From the NCBI GenBank assembly GCA_002842855.1, contig PHEE01000007.1, forward strand, positions 1,139-65,138: a stretch of 64,000 bases of DNA, written 5' to 3'. Every line of letters starts with the position of its first letter. Position 1 is the stretch's first letter. This document shows positions 23,047 through 31,249 of the stretch, one piece after another. The position numbers and the translations under genes are program-made. The notes beneath the pieces are model-generated. The model was not told the origin of the DNA and did no database searches. It saw only the letters and a program-made list of their open reading frames with translations. This DNA is from Alphaproteobacteria bacterium HGW-Alphaproteobacteria-4. GTDB lineage: Bacteria; Pseudomonadota; Alphaproteobacteria; Rhodobacterales; Rhodobacteraceae.

Positions 23047-24814
23047 ATGCCCGGCACACTCGATCTGGAGCCGTGGGAGCCAGAAGAAACCGTAGGCAAG
23101 CTCTGGCACGCCTATGCAAGCCGCCTTGATGCGCCGCGCCTCCACCCCGAAGCTCAGGTCGATCTGGCCGAGATCGGCGGGCGGCTCGCGGTGCTGTTTC
23201 GCGGCCTTGGTGGCAGCCCCGAGGTCGAAATCAAGCCTGCCGCTGATGCACCAAGCGGGCACCGGCTGTCGCTGCGGCGCAGGTTGGGCGCTGCGGTCGA
23301 GCGCCTGCCGAGCGCAAGCTTTGATGGCGCAGCCCTGCGGCTGCCCGAAAGCCTTGCGGTGTTTCCCATGCGCGAGGCGAATGCGGCGCTTTATCTGTGG
23401 CTTGCCGCTGCTGCGGCACATGCGGGACCGCGCCGCGACGAGGCAGACCCGCTTTGTGCCTGATGCCGAGCGCACCGTTGAAGCGGTGATCCGGCATCTG
23501 CTGGGCGACCCTGCGCCGCTTCCGGCCAAGGCGCAGCGCATGCGCGCGGCAGTTGCTTCGGGTGATTTCGCGCCCTATCGGGCGCCACGCGGCTACCGCC
23601 CGTTCCGGCCGCCCGCACTTTGGCCGACGCTCGGCGCGCTGGCGTTTTCGGCGCAGACGGCGGTCGAAACCCGCGCCACCGAAGGCACCCCCGAGCAGGG
23701 CGAGGGCAGCACCAAGACGCGCCGCGCCCGGCGCCGCAAGGCCGATCAGGCCGAACGCAACGACAGCTTCATTCTGCACAAGTTCGAGGCGATCCTGAGC
23801 TGGGCAGAATTCATCAACCTTAACCGCAGGGTCGAGGATGACGAAAACGATGATGCCCGCAAGGCGGCGGATGACGTTGATGAAATCGGCCTCGGGCAGA
23901 TTTCCAAGGCGCCCGCCACGCGGCTGAAACTGCACCTCGATCTTGCCCCCGAAGATGTTGACCGCGAAGCGCTTTCGGGGGTGCAGCTTTACCCCGAATG
24001 GGACGTGCGCACCGGTGCCTATCTGGCCAATCATGTGCGCGTGCTCAGCTCTGACATCGAGCCCGCCACCGAGCCACCGCCCTATCTGCACGATCCGCGT
24101 GCACAAGCCCGCATCCGTGCGGTGCGGCGCCAGTTCGAGGCGCTGCGCCCGGCGCGGATGCCCACCAGCGGCCACCCCGACGGCGACGATCTTGATACTG
24201 ACCGGGCGGTGCGCGCGCAGGTCGATCTTATCGCGACCGGGCAGGGCGATGACCGCGTCTGGCGCCAAACCCGGCAGCAAAAGCGCGATCTGGCGGTGTC
24301 GATCTTGCTTGACGTGTCGCGCTCGACCGAATCGGCGGTTCCCGGGCACGGCCACGGCTGGCGCGCGGTTATTGACATCGAGCGCGAGGCGCTGGCGGCG
24401 CTTTCGTGGGGGCTCGCAGCCTGCGGCGACGATTTTGCCATCCATGCCTTTTCCTCGCTCAAGCGCGACCGGGTCTATATGCAATGCGCCAAGCGGTTCG
24501 GCGTGCCGATGTCGGCGGCGGTCGAGGCCCGCATTGCGGCGCTGCGCCCCGGCTTTTATACCCGCCTTGGCGCCGCCATTCGCCATGCCTCGGCCGGGCT
24601 GGCCGAACAGGCCCGCCGCCGCCGCCTGCTGCTGGTCATCACCGATGGCAAACCCAATGATCTGGACCACTACGAAGGCCGCCACGGCATTGAAGACAGC
24701 CACAAGGCGGTGCTTGAAGCGCGCCGCGCCGGGCATGCGGTGTTCGGCATCACCGTGGACCGCGACGGCAAGACCTGGTTTCCGCGCATTTTCGGGCAGA
24801 ACACCACCCGCTAA
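23047..24814 (+). pseudogene. norD: NorD (vWA-domain NOR maturation protein), split by a frameshift or deletion near 23452-23456 and possibly shortened at the C-terminus
   Basis: The N-part MPGTLDLEPWEPEETVGKLWH... (ORF 23038..23463) stops after ...RRDEADPLCA. Homology continues in the frame of ORF 23114..24814 from ...FVPDAERTVEAVIRHLLGDP through the vWA domain (ILLDVSRSTES MIDAS) and ends abruptly at ...FPRIFGQNTTR. Confidence 0.75.
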
Positions 24815-25038
24815 TCCGGGCGGCACATCACCCCCCCTCAATCCACTGAACTGCCGCACCTCGCGCTCTTGCCTGTCGGCATTCGCGCCCGAGCCGCATT
24901 CAGTGGGCAGCGGAAGTTCCTGAGTCCGGAAACTCCCGCCAAAGGGGGTGTCTTGCGACACAAGGTGTCCCACGGGGGGTTTTGAGATGGGGTGTGCTTT
25001 TTCTAAACCGCTGCAAAATAACGAAAACATTTGGTGGA

Positions 25039-25114
25039 TGGTAGGCCCGGAGGGACTCGAACCCCCAACCAAGGCGTTATGAGCGCCCTGCTCTGACCAT
25101 TGAGCTACAGGCCC
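25039..25114 (-). tRNA. tRNA with CAU anticodon (Met; a lysidine-modified Ile2 cannot be excluded from sequence alone)
   Basis: Reverse complement GGGCCTGTAGCTCAATGGTCAGAGCAGGGCGCTCATAACGCCTTGGTTGGGGGTTCGAGTCCCTCCGGGCCTACCA. It folds as a 76-nt cloverleaf with a 7-bp acceptor stem, GTTCGAGTC T-loop and encoded CCA. Confidence 0.9.
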
Positions 25115-25304
25115 GCCGGGGCCGCCAGCGCGGCGCGGGTAGGGGTTGGATAGCAGACCCGCCGGGTGCGTCAAGCAAAAGGCCCGCCGCGCTGCTTGTC
25201 GGCCGTGGTCCAAAGCGAAATCCCCATGCTTTCACGCCACGGCCCGTTGTTTGGGCGCGCGCAATCAGGTATCGGGGGCGCGAGCGACGCTGGGCCGGGA
25301 GGCG

Positions 25305-26348
25305 ATGATGACGAAACGCGGTTTGACCTATGCCGATGCGGGGGTTGATATCGACGCGGGCAACGCGCTGGTCGAGCGGATCAAGCCCGCCGCAAGGCGC
25401 ACGCAGCGCAGCGGCTCGATGGGCGGGCTTGGCGGGTTCGGCGCGCTTTTTGATCTCAAGGCAGCAGGCTACACCGACCCTATTCTGGTGGCGGCAACCG
25501 ATGGTGTCGGCACCAAGCTCCGGATCGCGATCGATACCGGCCACGTCGGCACGATCGGCATCGACCTTGTCGCCATGTGCGTCAACGACCTTGTCTGCCA
25601 AGGCGCCGAGCCCTTGTTCTTTCTTGACTATTTTGCCACCGGCAAGCTGGAGCTCGGGCAGGCGACAGCGATTATCGAAGGCATTGCCGCAGGCTGCGCC
25701 GAAAGCGGCTGCGCGCTGGTGGGCGGCGAGACGGCAGAGATGCCGGGCATGTATCACGGCGCTGATTTCGACCTTGCGGGCTTTGCCGTGGGCGCGATGG
25801 AGCGGGGCGGCGCGCTGCCCAATGGCGTGGCCGCGGGCGACATCGTGCTTGGCCTTGCCGCCTCGGGGGTGCATTCCAACGGCTACAGCTTCGTGCGCAA
25901 GGTGGTGGAGCATACCGGCCTTGGCTGGGGCGCGCCCGCGCCTTTCGGGCCGGGCACGCTTGGCGAGGCGCTGCTGGCACCGACCCGGCTTTATGTGCGC
26001 CCGGCGCTGGCCGCCATCCGCGCGGGCGGTGTACACGGCCTTGCGCACATTACCGGCGGCGGGCTGACCGAAAACCCGCCGCGGGTGCTGCCCGAAGGTC
26101 TGGGAATTGAGATTGACCTGGGCGCTTGGGCGCTGCCGCCGGTGTTCCGCTGGCTGGCCGAAACTTCGGGCATGAGCGAGCCCGAATTGCTGAAAACCTT
26201 CAACTGCGGCATCGGCATGATCGCCGTGGTGGCGCCAGAGCGGGCCGCCGCCCTTCGCGCGGTGCTGGAAGCCGAGGGCGAAACGGTGGTGGCGCTTGGC
26301 CGCGTTGTGCCGGGGCAGGGGGTCGCCTATCGGGGCCACCTTTTGTGA
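25305..26348 (+). CDS. purM: Phosphoribosylformylglycinamidine cyclo-ligase
   Basis: The ...[14 protein letters not shown]... N-terminus and DGVGTK motif. Start is ATG 25305 or 25308 after GGGAGG. Confidence 0.95.
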   Translation: MMTKRGLTYADAGVDIDAGNALVERIKPAARRTQRSGSMGGLGGFGALFDLKAAGYTDPILVAATDGVGTKLRIAIDTGHVGTIGIDLVAMCVNDLVCQGAEPLFFLDYFATGKLELGQATAIIEGIAAGCAESGCALVGGETAEMPGMYHGADFDLAGFAVGAMERGGALPNGVAAGDIVLGLAASGVHSNGYSFVRKVVEHTGLGWGAPAPFGPGTLGEALLAPTRLYVRPALAAIRAGGVHGLAHITGGGLTENPPRVLPEGLGIEIDLGAWALPPVFRWLAETSGMSEPELLKTFNCGIGMIAVVAPERAAALRAVLEAEGETVVALGRVVPGQGVAYRGHLL

Positions 26349-26932
26349 AACGGGTCGCGATTCTGATTTCGGGCGGCGGCTCGAACATGCTGCGTCTGGT
26401 CGAAAGCATGCAGGGCGACCACCCGGCGCGGCCAGTGCTGGTGGTTTCCAATGATCCCGCTGCGGCAGGCCTTGCGCGCGCCGCCGAACGGGGCATTGCC
26501 ACCGCGTCGGTGGACCACCGCGCCTTCAAAGGCGACCGCGCGGCCTTTGAGGCAGAACTGCTGCGCCCGATCCTTGATGCGCGCCCCGATATCCTTTGCC
26601 TCGCAGGCTTCATGCGGGTGCTGACGCCCGCCTTCGTGGAACGGTTTCGCGGCAGGATGCTCAACATCCACCCCTCGCTCTTGCCCAAATACCCGGGCCT
26701 GCACACCCACGCCCGCGCGCTTGCGGCGGGCGATGCCGAGGCGGGCTGCACCGTGCATGAGGTGACACCCGAACTTGATGCAGGCCCAATTCTGGGTCAG
26801 GCGCGGGTGCCGGTGCTGCCAGGCGACACCGAGGAAACGCTGGCTGCGCGTGTGTTGGCTGCCGAACACCGGCTTTACCCTGCCGTGCTCAGCCGCTTTG
26901 CGGCGGGCGAGCGTGGGCTTCTGACGCTCTGA
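26345..26932 (+). CDS. purN: Phosphoribosylglycinamide formyltransferase
   Basis: GTG 26345 overlaps the purM stop (GTGA). [12 protein letters not shown] and NIHPSLLP motifs. Confidence 0.93.
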   Translation: MKRVAILISGGGSNMLRLVESMQGDHPARPVLVVSNDPAAAGLARAAERGIATASVDHRAFKGDRAAFEAELLRPILDARPDILCLAGFMRVLTPAFVERFRGRMLNIHPSLLPKYPGLHTHARALAAGDAEAGCTVHEVTPELDAGPILGQARVPVLPGDTEETLAARVLAAEHRLYPAVLSRFAAGERGLLTL

Positions 26933-26980
26933 AACCTTCCCCCTCGCGCGGCTTTGGCTGCGACGGATGGCTTTCGCCGA

Positions 26981-27012
26981 GGGGTGTTTTGGCAATGAAG
27001 ACGGCGCGGAGG
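26981..27012 (+). repeat. Copy A of a dispersed ~30-nt intergenic motif (GGGGTGTTTTGGCAATGAAGACGGCGCGGAGG)
   Basis: Shares the core GGGT(A/G)TTT(T/G)(G/C)GCAATGAAGA-N-G(C/G)CG with the copies at 31207 and 37315. All three are intergenic and in the same orientation. Confidence 0.6.
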
Positions 27013-27082
27013 GTTTTCTTTCCCGCTGCGCGCGCCTAAAGGGGGGCGTCCGCGGGATGACCCCGCACCTCGAAAGCGAAAA

Positions 27083-28237
27083 ATGCCCTGCATCACCACC
27101 ACCGAAGCGCTGGCGCGCTTTTGCGAAGCGGCGAAGGCCGCGCCCTACGTCACCGTTGATACCGAGTTTCTGCGCGAGCGCACCTACTGGTCAAAGCTCT
27201 GCCTGGTGCAGATGGCGCTGCCCGGCAAGGACGGGCAGGCGGTGCTGGTCGATCCGCTGGCCGAGGGGCTTTCGCTCGAACCGATGTATGACCTTTTCCG
27301 CCATGAAGGCACGGTCAAGGTGTTCCACGCGGCGCGCCAAGACCTTGAAATCTTCTTTGTCGAGGCTGGCGTGTTTCCCAAGCCGCTGTTCGACACCCAG
27401 ATTGCCGCCATGGTCTGCGGCTTTGGCGAGCAGGTGGGCTACGAAACCCTGGTGAAAAAGATCGCCCGCCAGAGCCTTGACAAGACCTCGCGCTTCACCG
27501 ACTGGTCGCGCCGCCCGCTGAGCGAGGCGCAACTGGTTTATGCGCTGGCAGATGTAACGCATCTGCGGGTGATTTACGAATTCCTCTCGCAAGAGCTTAA
27601 AAAGACCGGGCGCGAGGCTTGGGTGGAAGAGGAAGAGGCGATCCTGCTCAACCCGGAAACCTACATTACCCGCCCGCCCGAAGCCTGGATGCGGGTGAAG
27701 ACGCGCACCACCTCGGGCCGGTTCATGGCGATCGTGCGCGAATTGGCGCAGTTTCGCGAAGCCTATGCGCAAGCGCGCAACATCCCCCGCAGCCGCGTCT
27801 ACAAGGACGATGCGCTGATCGAACTTGCCTCGACCAAACCCACCACCCTTGAAGAGCTCGGCGCCTCGCGCCTTCTGTTGCGCGAAGCGCGGCGCGGCGA
27901 GATTGCCGAGGGCATCCTTGCAGCGGTCAAGGCCGGCTTGCAGGCCAAGCCCGAAGATTTCCCGAAAATTGAGGACGGGCGCGAACAGGTGCAGGTTTCA
28001 ACCGCGCTCGCCGACCTTTTGCGCGTGCTGCTCAAGGCCAAATCCGAAGCCGCAGGGGTGGCGCCCAAGCTGATTGCCTCATCGGCCGAACTTGATGCCA
28101 TTGCCGCAGGCCGCACCGATGTCCCGGCGATGCAGGGCTGGCGGCGCGAAGTGTTCGGCGAAGACGCGCTGCGCCTGGCACGCGGCGAAATTGCATTGTC
28201 GGCGCGCGGCAATTCGGTGCGGGTGGTGCCGGTCTAG
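27083..28237 (+). CDS. rnd: Ribonuclease D
   Basis: DEDD 3'-5' exonuclease domain (VTVDTEF..., HAARQDLE), an HRDC region; 384 aa. Confidence 0.92.
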   Translation: MPCITTTEALARFCEAAKAAPYVTVDTEFLRERTYWSKLCLVQMALPGKDGQAVLVDPLAEGLSLEPMYDLFRHEGTVKVFHAARQDLEIFFVEAGVFPKPLFDTQIAAMVCGFGEQVGYETLVKKIARQSLDKTSRFTDWSRRPLSEAQLVYALADVTHLRVIYEFLSQELKKTGREAWVEEEEAILLNPETYITRPPEAWMRVKTRTTSGRFMAIVRELAQFREAYAQARNIPRSRVYKDDALIELASTKPTTLEELGASRLLLREARRGEIAEGILAAVKAGLQAKPEDFPKIEDGREQVQVSTALADLLRVLLKAKSEAAGVAPKLIASSAELDAIAAGRTDVPAMQGWRREVFGEDALRLARGEIALSARGNSVRVVPV

Positions 28238-28959
28238 TCGGCCAGCAGGCGCCCTGCCAGTGCGCGGGCGCGCTCAGGCTCGATCTGCCAACACACGGCG
28301 ACCTCCCATGCGTCGAATGCGCGGGCGATCGCGGGCGGCACTGGCACGGTCTGGCCATGGTCGAACACCGCCGCGTCGTGCCGCGCCTCATCCCAGTCGA
28401 GCAGCGCAGGAGTGCCGTCGTCGCCCCAGAGCAGATTGCCCGCGCAGAGATCGCCGTGCACCGCCGCGCGCGGCAGATCGGCCAGCGCCGCCCAGGCTGC
28501 GCGGCAGGCCCGCACCAATGGCGCCGGCATCAAGCCAAGGTCGATGTCGCCGCCTTGCGCGGCATCGGCGAAATCGGCAGCGGCGCGAAAGCCCGGGCGC
28601 TGCGGCAGCGCCTTTGTGGCGGCATGAAAAGCCGCCAGCTGCGGCGCGACGCGCGCCACCTCGCGCTCGGCAAATGCGCGGCCCGCGAGGAACGGCTCGC
28701 AGGTCCAGCCCGCCTCGCTCGCCGCGCCGCGCAGGCTGGCGATCAATGCGGGCACCCGAAACCCGGCAGCAGTGGCAGCGGCATGCAGCGGGCCGAGCCA
28801 CGCCAGCGCCTCGGCGCTTCGGCGGGTGGTCTTGAACACCCTGTCAACGGCCAATCCGCGGGTTCGCAAGACACGGTTTCGGTGACCGCCAGATAGCGGT
28901 TCCAGCGCCGCCTCGATACCCCAAGCCGCCAACGGCGGCAGGTCCGCGGCGACAGGCAT
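28234..28959 (-). CDS. Phosphotransferase-family protein (APH/choline-kinase-like fold)
   Basis: Brenner-type HGDLCAGNLLW and DWDEA motifs; 241 aa. Confidence 0.7.
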   Translation of the reverse strand: MPVAADLPPLAAWGIEAALEPLSGGHRNRVLRTRGLAVDRVFKTTRRSAEALAWLGPLHAAATAAGFRVPALIASLRGAASEAGWTCEPFLAGRAFAEREVARVAPQLAAFHAATKALPQRPGFRAAADFADAAQGGDIDLGLMPAPLVRACRAAWAALADLPRAAVHGDLCAGNLLWGDDGTPALLDWDEARHDAAVFDHGQTVPVPPAIARAFDAWEVAVCWQIEPERARALAGRLLAD

Positions 28960-28964
28960 TCGCC

Positions 28965-29456
28965 TTAGCGGTTGACGACGCGCGAATTGCCCGCGCCCGT
29001 CACCACGATCCGCCGCACATCCTGCAATTTGATGTTGGAAATGAACGCCCCCGCCGTGACCTCGCGCGATTCGGGGGTGAGCACCCGGCTTGCCACTGCC
29101 GTTCCCGGCACCGGCTCACCCACCACGAAGCGGTAGGTCATGGTGCCGCCCACCGGCAGCCCGTTATTTTCCGCCACCAATTCGGCATCCCACCAGCCTT
29201 GCGTGCGCGGCAGCCCGGCCGCCGAAATGATCGCGCCCTCGGGCGTGCGGCGAATTTCAAGGCTCGTGACCTGATCGACCAGCAACCGCCGGTCGCTGGC
29301 CGAAACGCCATAGCCGCCCTCGGGCGCCAGCGTGACCGCCTCGGCCTGGCGCGATTCGCCGAACCAGTTCAGCGGATTGAGGCGGCTGCTGCCAAAACCG
29401 CCGCAGCCGGCAAGCGCCAGCGAAAGCATCAAAGTGGCGACGAGTGGCGATTTCAT
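28965..29456 (-). CDS. Hypothetical lipoprotein
   Basis: MKSPLVATLMLSLALAGC lipobox. 163 aa, 5 nt upstream of the phosphotransferase gene. Confidence 0.65.
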   Translation of the reverse strand: MKSPLVATLMLSLALAGCGGFGSSRLNPLNWFGESRQAEAVTLAPEGGYGVSASDRRLLVDQVTSLEIRRTPEGAIISAAGLPRTQGWWDAELVAENNGLPVGGTMTYRFVVGEPVPGTAVASRVLTPESREVTAGAFISNIKLQDVRRIVVTGAGNSRVVNR

Positions 29457-29593
29457 CTGGTCCCCCGGCATCAGGCGGGGCGCATCTGCGCGGCCCCTGC
29501 CTTTGGGTAGCCCAAAGCGGGGCGTTTGAAAAGGCCGCTACTGGACCTTGGCGCGGGTCGGCATTAGGTGGGGGCACAAGCGGGGAGAAACCG

Positions 29594-30022
29594 ATGGCCA
29601 GCGCCGCCTTTGAAGAGATCGCCGAAACCTTTGCCTTTCTGGACGACTGGGAAGAGCGCTACCGCCACCTGATCGAGCTTGGCCGCGCGATGGCGCCGCT
29701 CGACCCCGCGCTCCGGGTGCCCGCAATCAAGGTTGATGGCTGCGCCAGTCAGGTCTGGCTGTTGCCACGCATCACCGGGCAGGGTGCCGCCGCGCGGTTC
29801 GATTTTGAGGGTGAAAGCGATGCGCTGATCGTGCGCGGGCTGATCGCGCTTTTGCACGCGCTTTATGCGGGGCTGAGCGTGGCCGAGGTCGGGCGCGTTG
29901 ATGCCGGGGCCGAACTGGCGCGGCTTGGGCTGGCCGATCATTTGTCGGCGCAGCGCTCGAACGGCCTCAGCGCCATGGTGGCGCGCATCCGCGCGCTCGC
30001 CGCCGAAGCGGCGGCGGGCTGA
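29594..30022 (+). CDS. sufE: SufE-family cysteine desulfuration protein
   Basis: ATG 29594. The conserved ...KVDGCASQVWL... active-site Cys region; 142 aa. Confidence 0.88.
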   Translation: MASAAFEEIAETFAFLDDWEERYRHLIELGRAMAPLDPALRVPAIKVDGCASQVWLLPRITGQGAAARFDFEGESDALIVRGLIALLHALYAGLSVAEVGRVDAGAELARLGLADHLSAQRSNGLSAMVARIRALAAEAAAG

Positions 30023-30048
30023 ACGCGCCCCCGCCGCCCCCGCCGCGC

Positions 30049-30399
30049 TCAGGCCTGCGCCGCCACCACGATGATTTCGACCTTGTAGCCGGGGGCTGCC
30101 AGCCGTGATTCGCCGGTGGCGCGCGCCGGGCAGTTGCCCGCCGGCACCCAAGCATCCCAAACCGCATTCATCGCCGCAAAATCGGCAATGTCGGCCAGCC
30201 AGATCTGGGCGCTCAATATCCGCGTCTTGTCCGACCCCGCCGCCGCCAAGAGCCGGTCGATATTGGCCAATATCGTGCGGGTCTGGTCGGTCACGCCATC
30301 GCCGGGCGTGCCGACCTGCCCGGAAAGGTAGATGGTGCCGTTGTGGATGACCGCTTCGCTCATGCGCTTGCCGCATTCAAGCCGGGTGATGGTGCTCAT
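30049..30399 (-). CDS. RidA/YjgF-family reactive-intermediate deaminase
   Basis: ATG 30399 behind AAGGAGAA; 116 aa; ...GTIYLSGQVG... motif. Confidence 0.85.
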   Translation of the reverse strand: MSTITRLECGKRMSEAVIHNGTIYLSGQVGTPGDGVTDQTRTILANIDRLLAAAGSDKTRILSAQIWLADIADFAAMNAVWDAWVPAGNCPARATGESRLAAPGYKVEIIVVAAQA

Positions 30400-30456
30400 G
30401 GGGTTCTCCTTAAAACTCGCGCCCTGATAGCGCAGCAGGCGACGCGAGGAAAGGGC

Positions 30457-30530
30457 TGGAGCGGGTGAAGGGAATCGAACCCTCGTCGTAAGCTTGGGAA
30501 GCTTCTGCTCTGCCATTGAGCTACACCCGC
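30457..30530 (-). tRNA. tRNA-Gly (CCC)
   Basis: Reverse complement GCGGGTGTAGCTCAATGGCAGAGCAGAAGCTTCCCAAGCTTACGACGAGGGTTCGATTCCCTTCACCCGCTCCA. 74 nt, anticodon loop TTCCCAA. Confidence 0.93.
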
Positions 30531-30573
30531 GACGGGCCTGAGGTATGCCAGCGGCGCGCGCGCGTCAAGCGGC

Positions 30574-31125
30574 TCACTCTTCCGGGGCGGCGAAAAAGCC
30601 CCGCGCGCGCGCCAGTGCTTCGGCATCACGCAGCACTTCGCCCGGTGCATCGCCAAGCCCGTGCAGCGCGCCGCCAAAGCGCAGGCCCATCCAGCGCGCG
30701 GTGCGGCGCATCACATCCTCCAGCGGCGCTTGCGAGCCATGCGTGGGGTCGGCGCGCACCGATATCAGCCACAGCCGCTTGCCGCGCATGGTGGCGGCAA
30801 AGCGCATTTGAGGCACCTCGAGCCAGCCCGACCAGTGGTCGAGCATTTCATGCCCCGGTCCGGCAAGGCCATACCAGTAGACCGGCGAGGCAATCACCAG
30901 CTCATCCGCGGCAAGGGTTGCGGCGGCAAGCTCGGCCAACCGCCCCGCGGGGGCCGCGTGCCCGCCGCTGGCGCGCAGGTCGGCAAAGCGGGGCAGGGCC
31001 GGTGTGGCAAGATCGAACCACTCCGCCCGCCCGCCTGCGGGCAGATACGCGGCGGCAGCCCGGGCAAGCGCCAGGCTGTTGCCATTCGGGCGGGTCGAGC
31101 AGGGCAGGAACAGCCAGTTGGTCAA
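30574..31125 (-). CDS. Flavodoxin-like NAD(P)H-dependent FMN reductase family protein
   Basis: ORF 30574..31200 trimmed to TTG 31125, 6 nt after GGAGG. ...LFLPCSTRPNGNS... and ...ASPVYWYG... motifs. Confidence 0.7.
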   Translation of the reverse strand: MTNWLFLPCSTRPNGNSLALARAAAAYLPAGGRAEWFDLATPALPRFADLRASGGHAAPAGRLAELAAATLAADELVIASPVYWYGLAGPGHEMLDHWSGWLEVPQMRFAATMRGKRLWLISVRADPTHGSQAPLEDVMRRTARWMGLRFGGALHGLGDAPGEVLRDAEALARARGFFAAPEE

Positions 31126-31206
31126 GGATGCCTCCGGGGTTTGGCGGCTTTTGCCATGCCCGGTGCGGCGCGGCAACGGGGGGCCTTCCGCCCCCCGCAC
31201 CCCCCC

Positions 31207-31236
31207 GAGGGTATTTTCGCAATGAAGATGCCGAGG
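31207..31236 (+). repeat. Copy B of the dispersed intergenic motif (GAGGGTATTTTCGCAATGAAGATGCCGAGG)
   Basis: See copy A. It lies between two minus-strand genes. Confidence 0.6.
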
Positions 31237-31249
31237 TCAGCCGCGGCGG

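Noticed and set aside
25039-25114. tRNA(CAU) as the attachment site of an integrated element or genomic island
   Set aside because: There is no integrase, excisionase or phage/ICE genes on either side, and I could not find a direct repeat of the tRNA 3' half in the window. Only the odd spacer remains, and that is reported separately at low interest.
25115-25304. A purine/ZTP-type riboswitch upstream of purM
   Set aside because: Only a loose resemblance (…GCTGGGCC…) to the ZTP 3' subdomain. The conserved 5' pseudoknot elements could not be found by eye. It would need a covariance-model scan to revisit.
30023-30048. The GC-only 26-nt spacer between convergent sufE and ridA as a terminator
   Set aside because: No convincing stem-loop can be drawn. 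It is probably just a short spacer.
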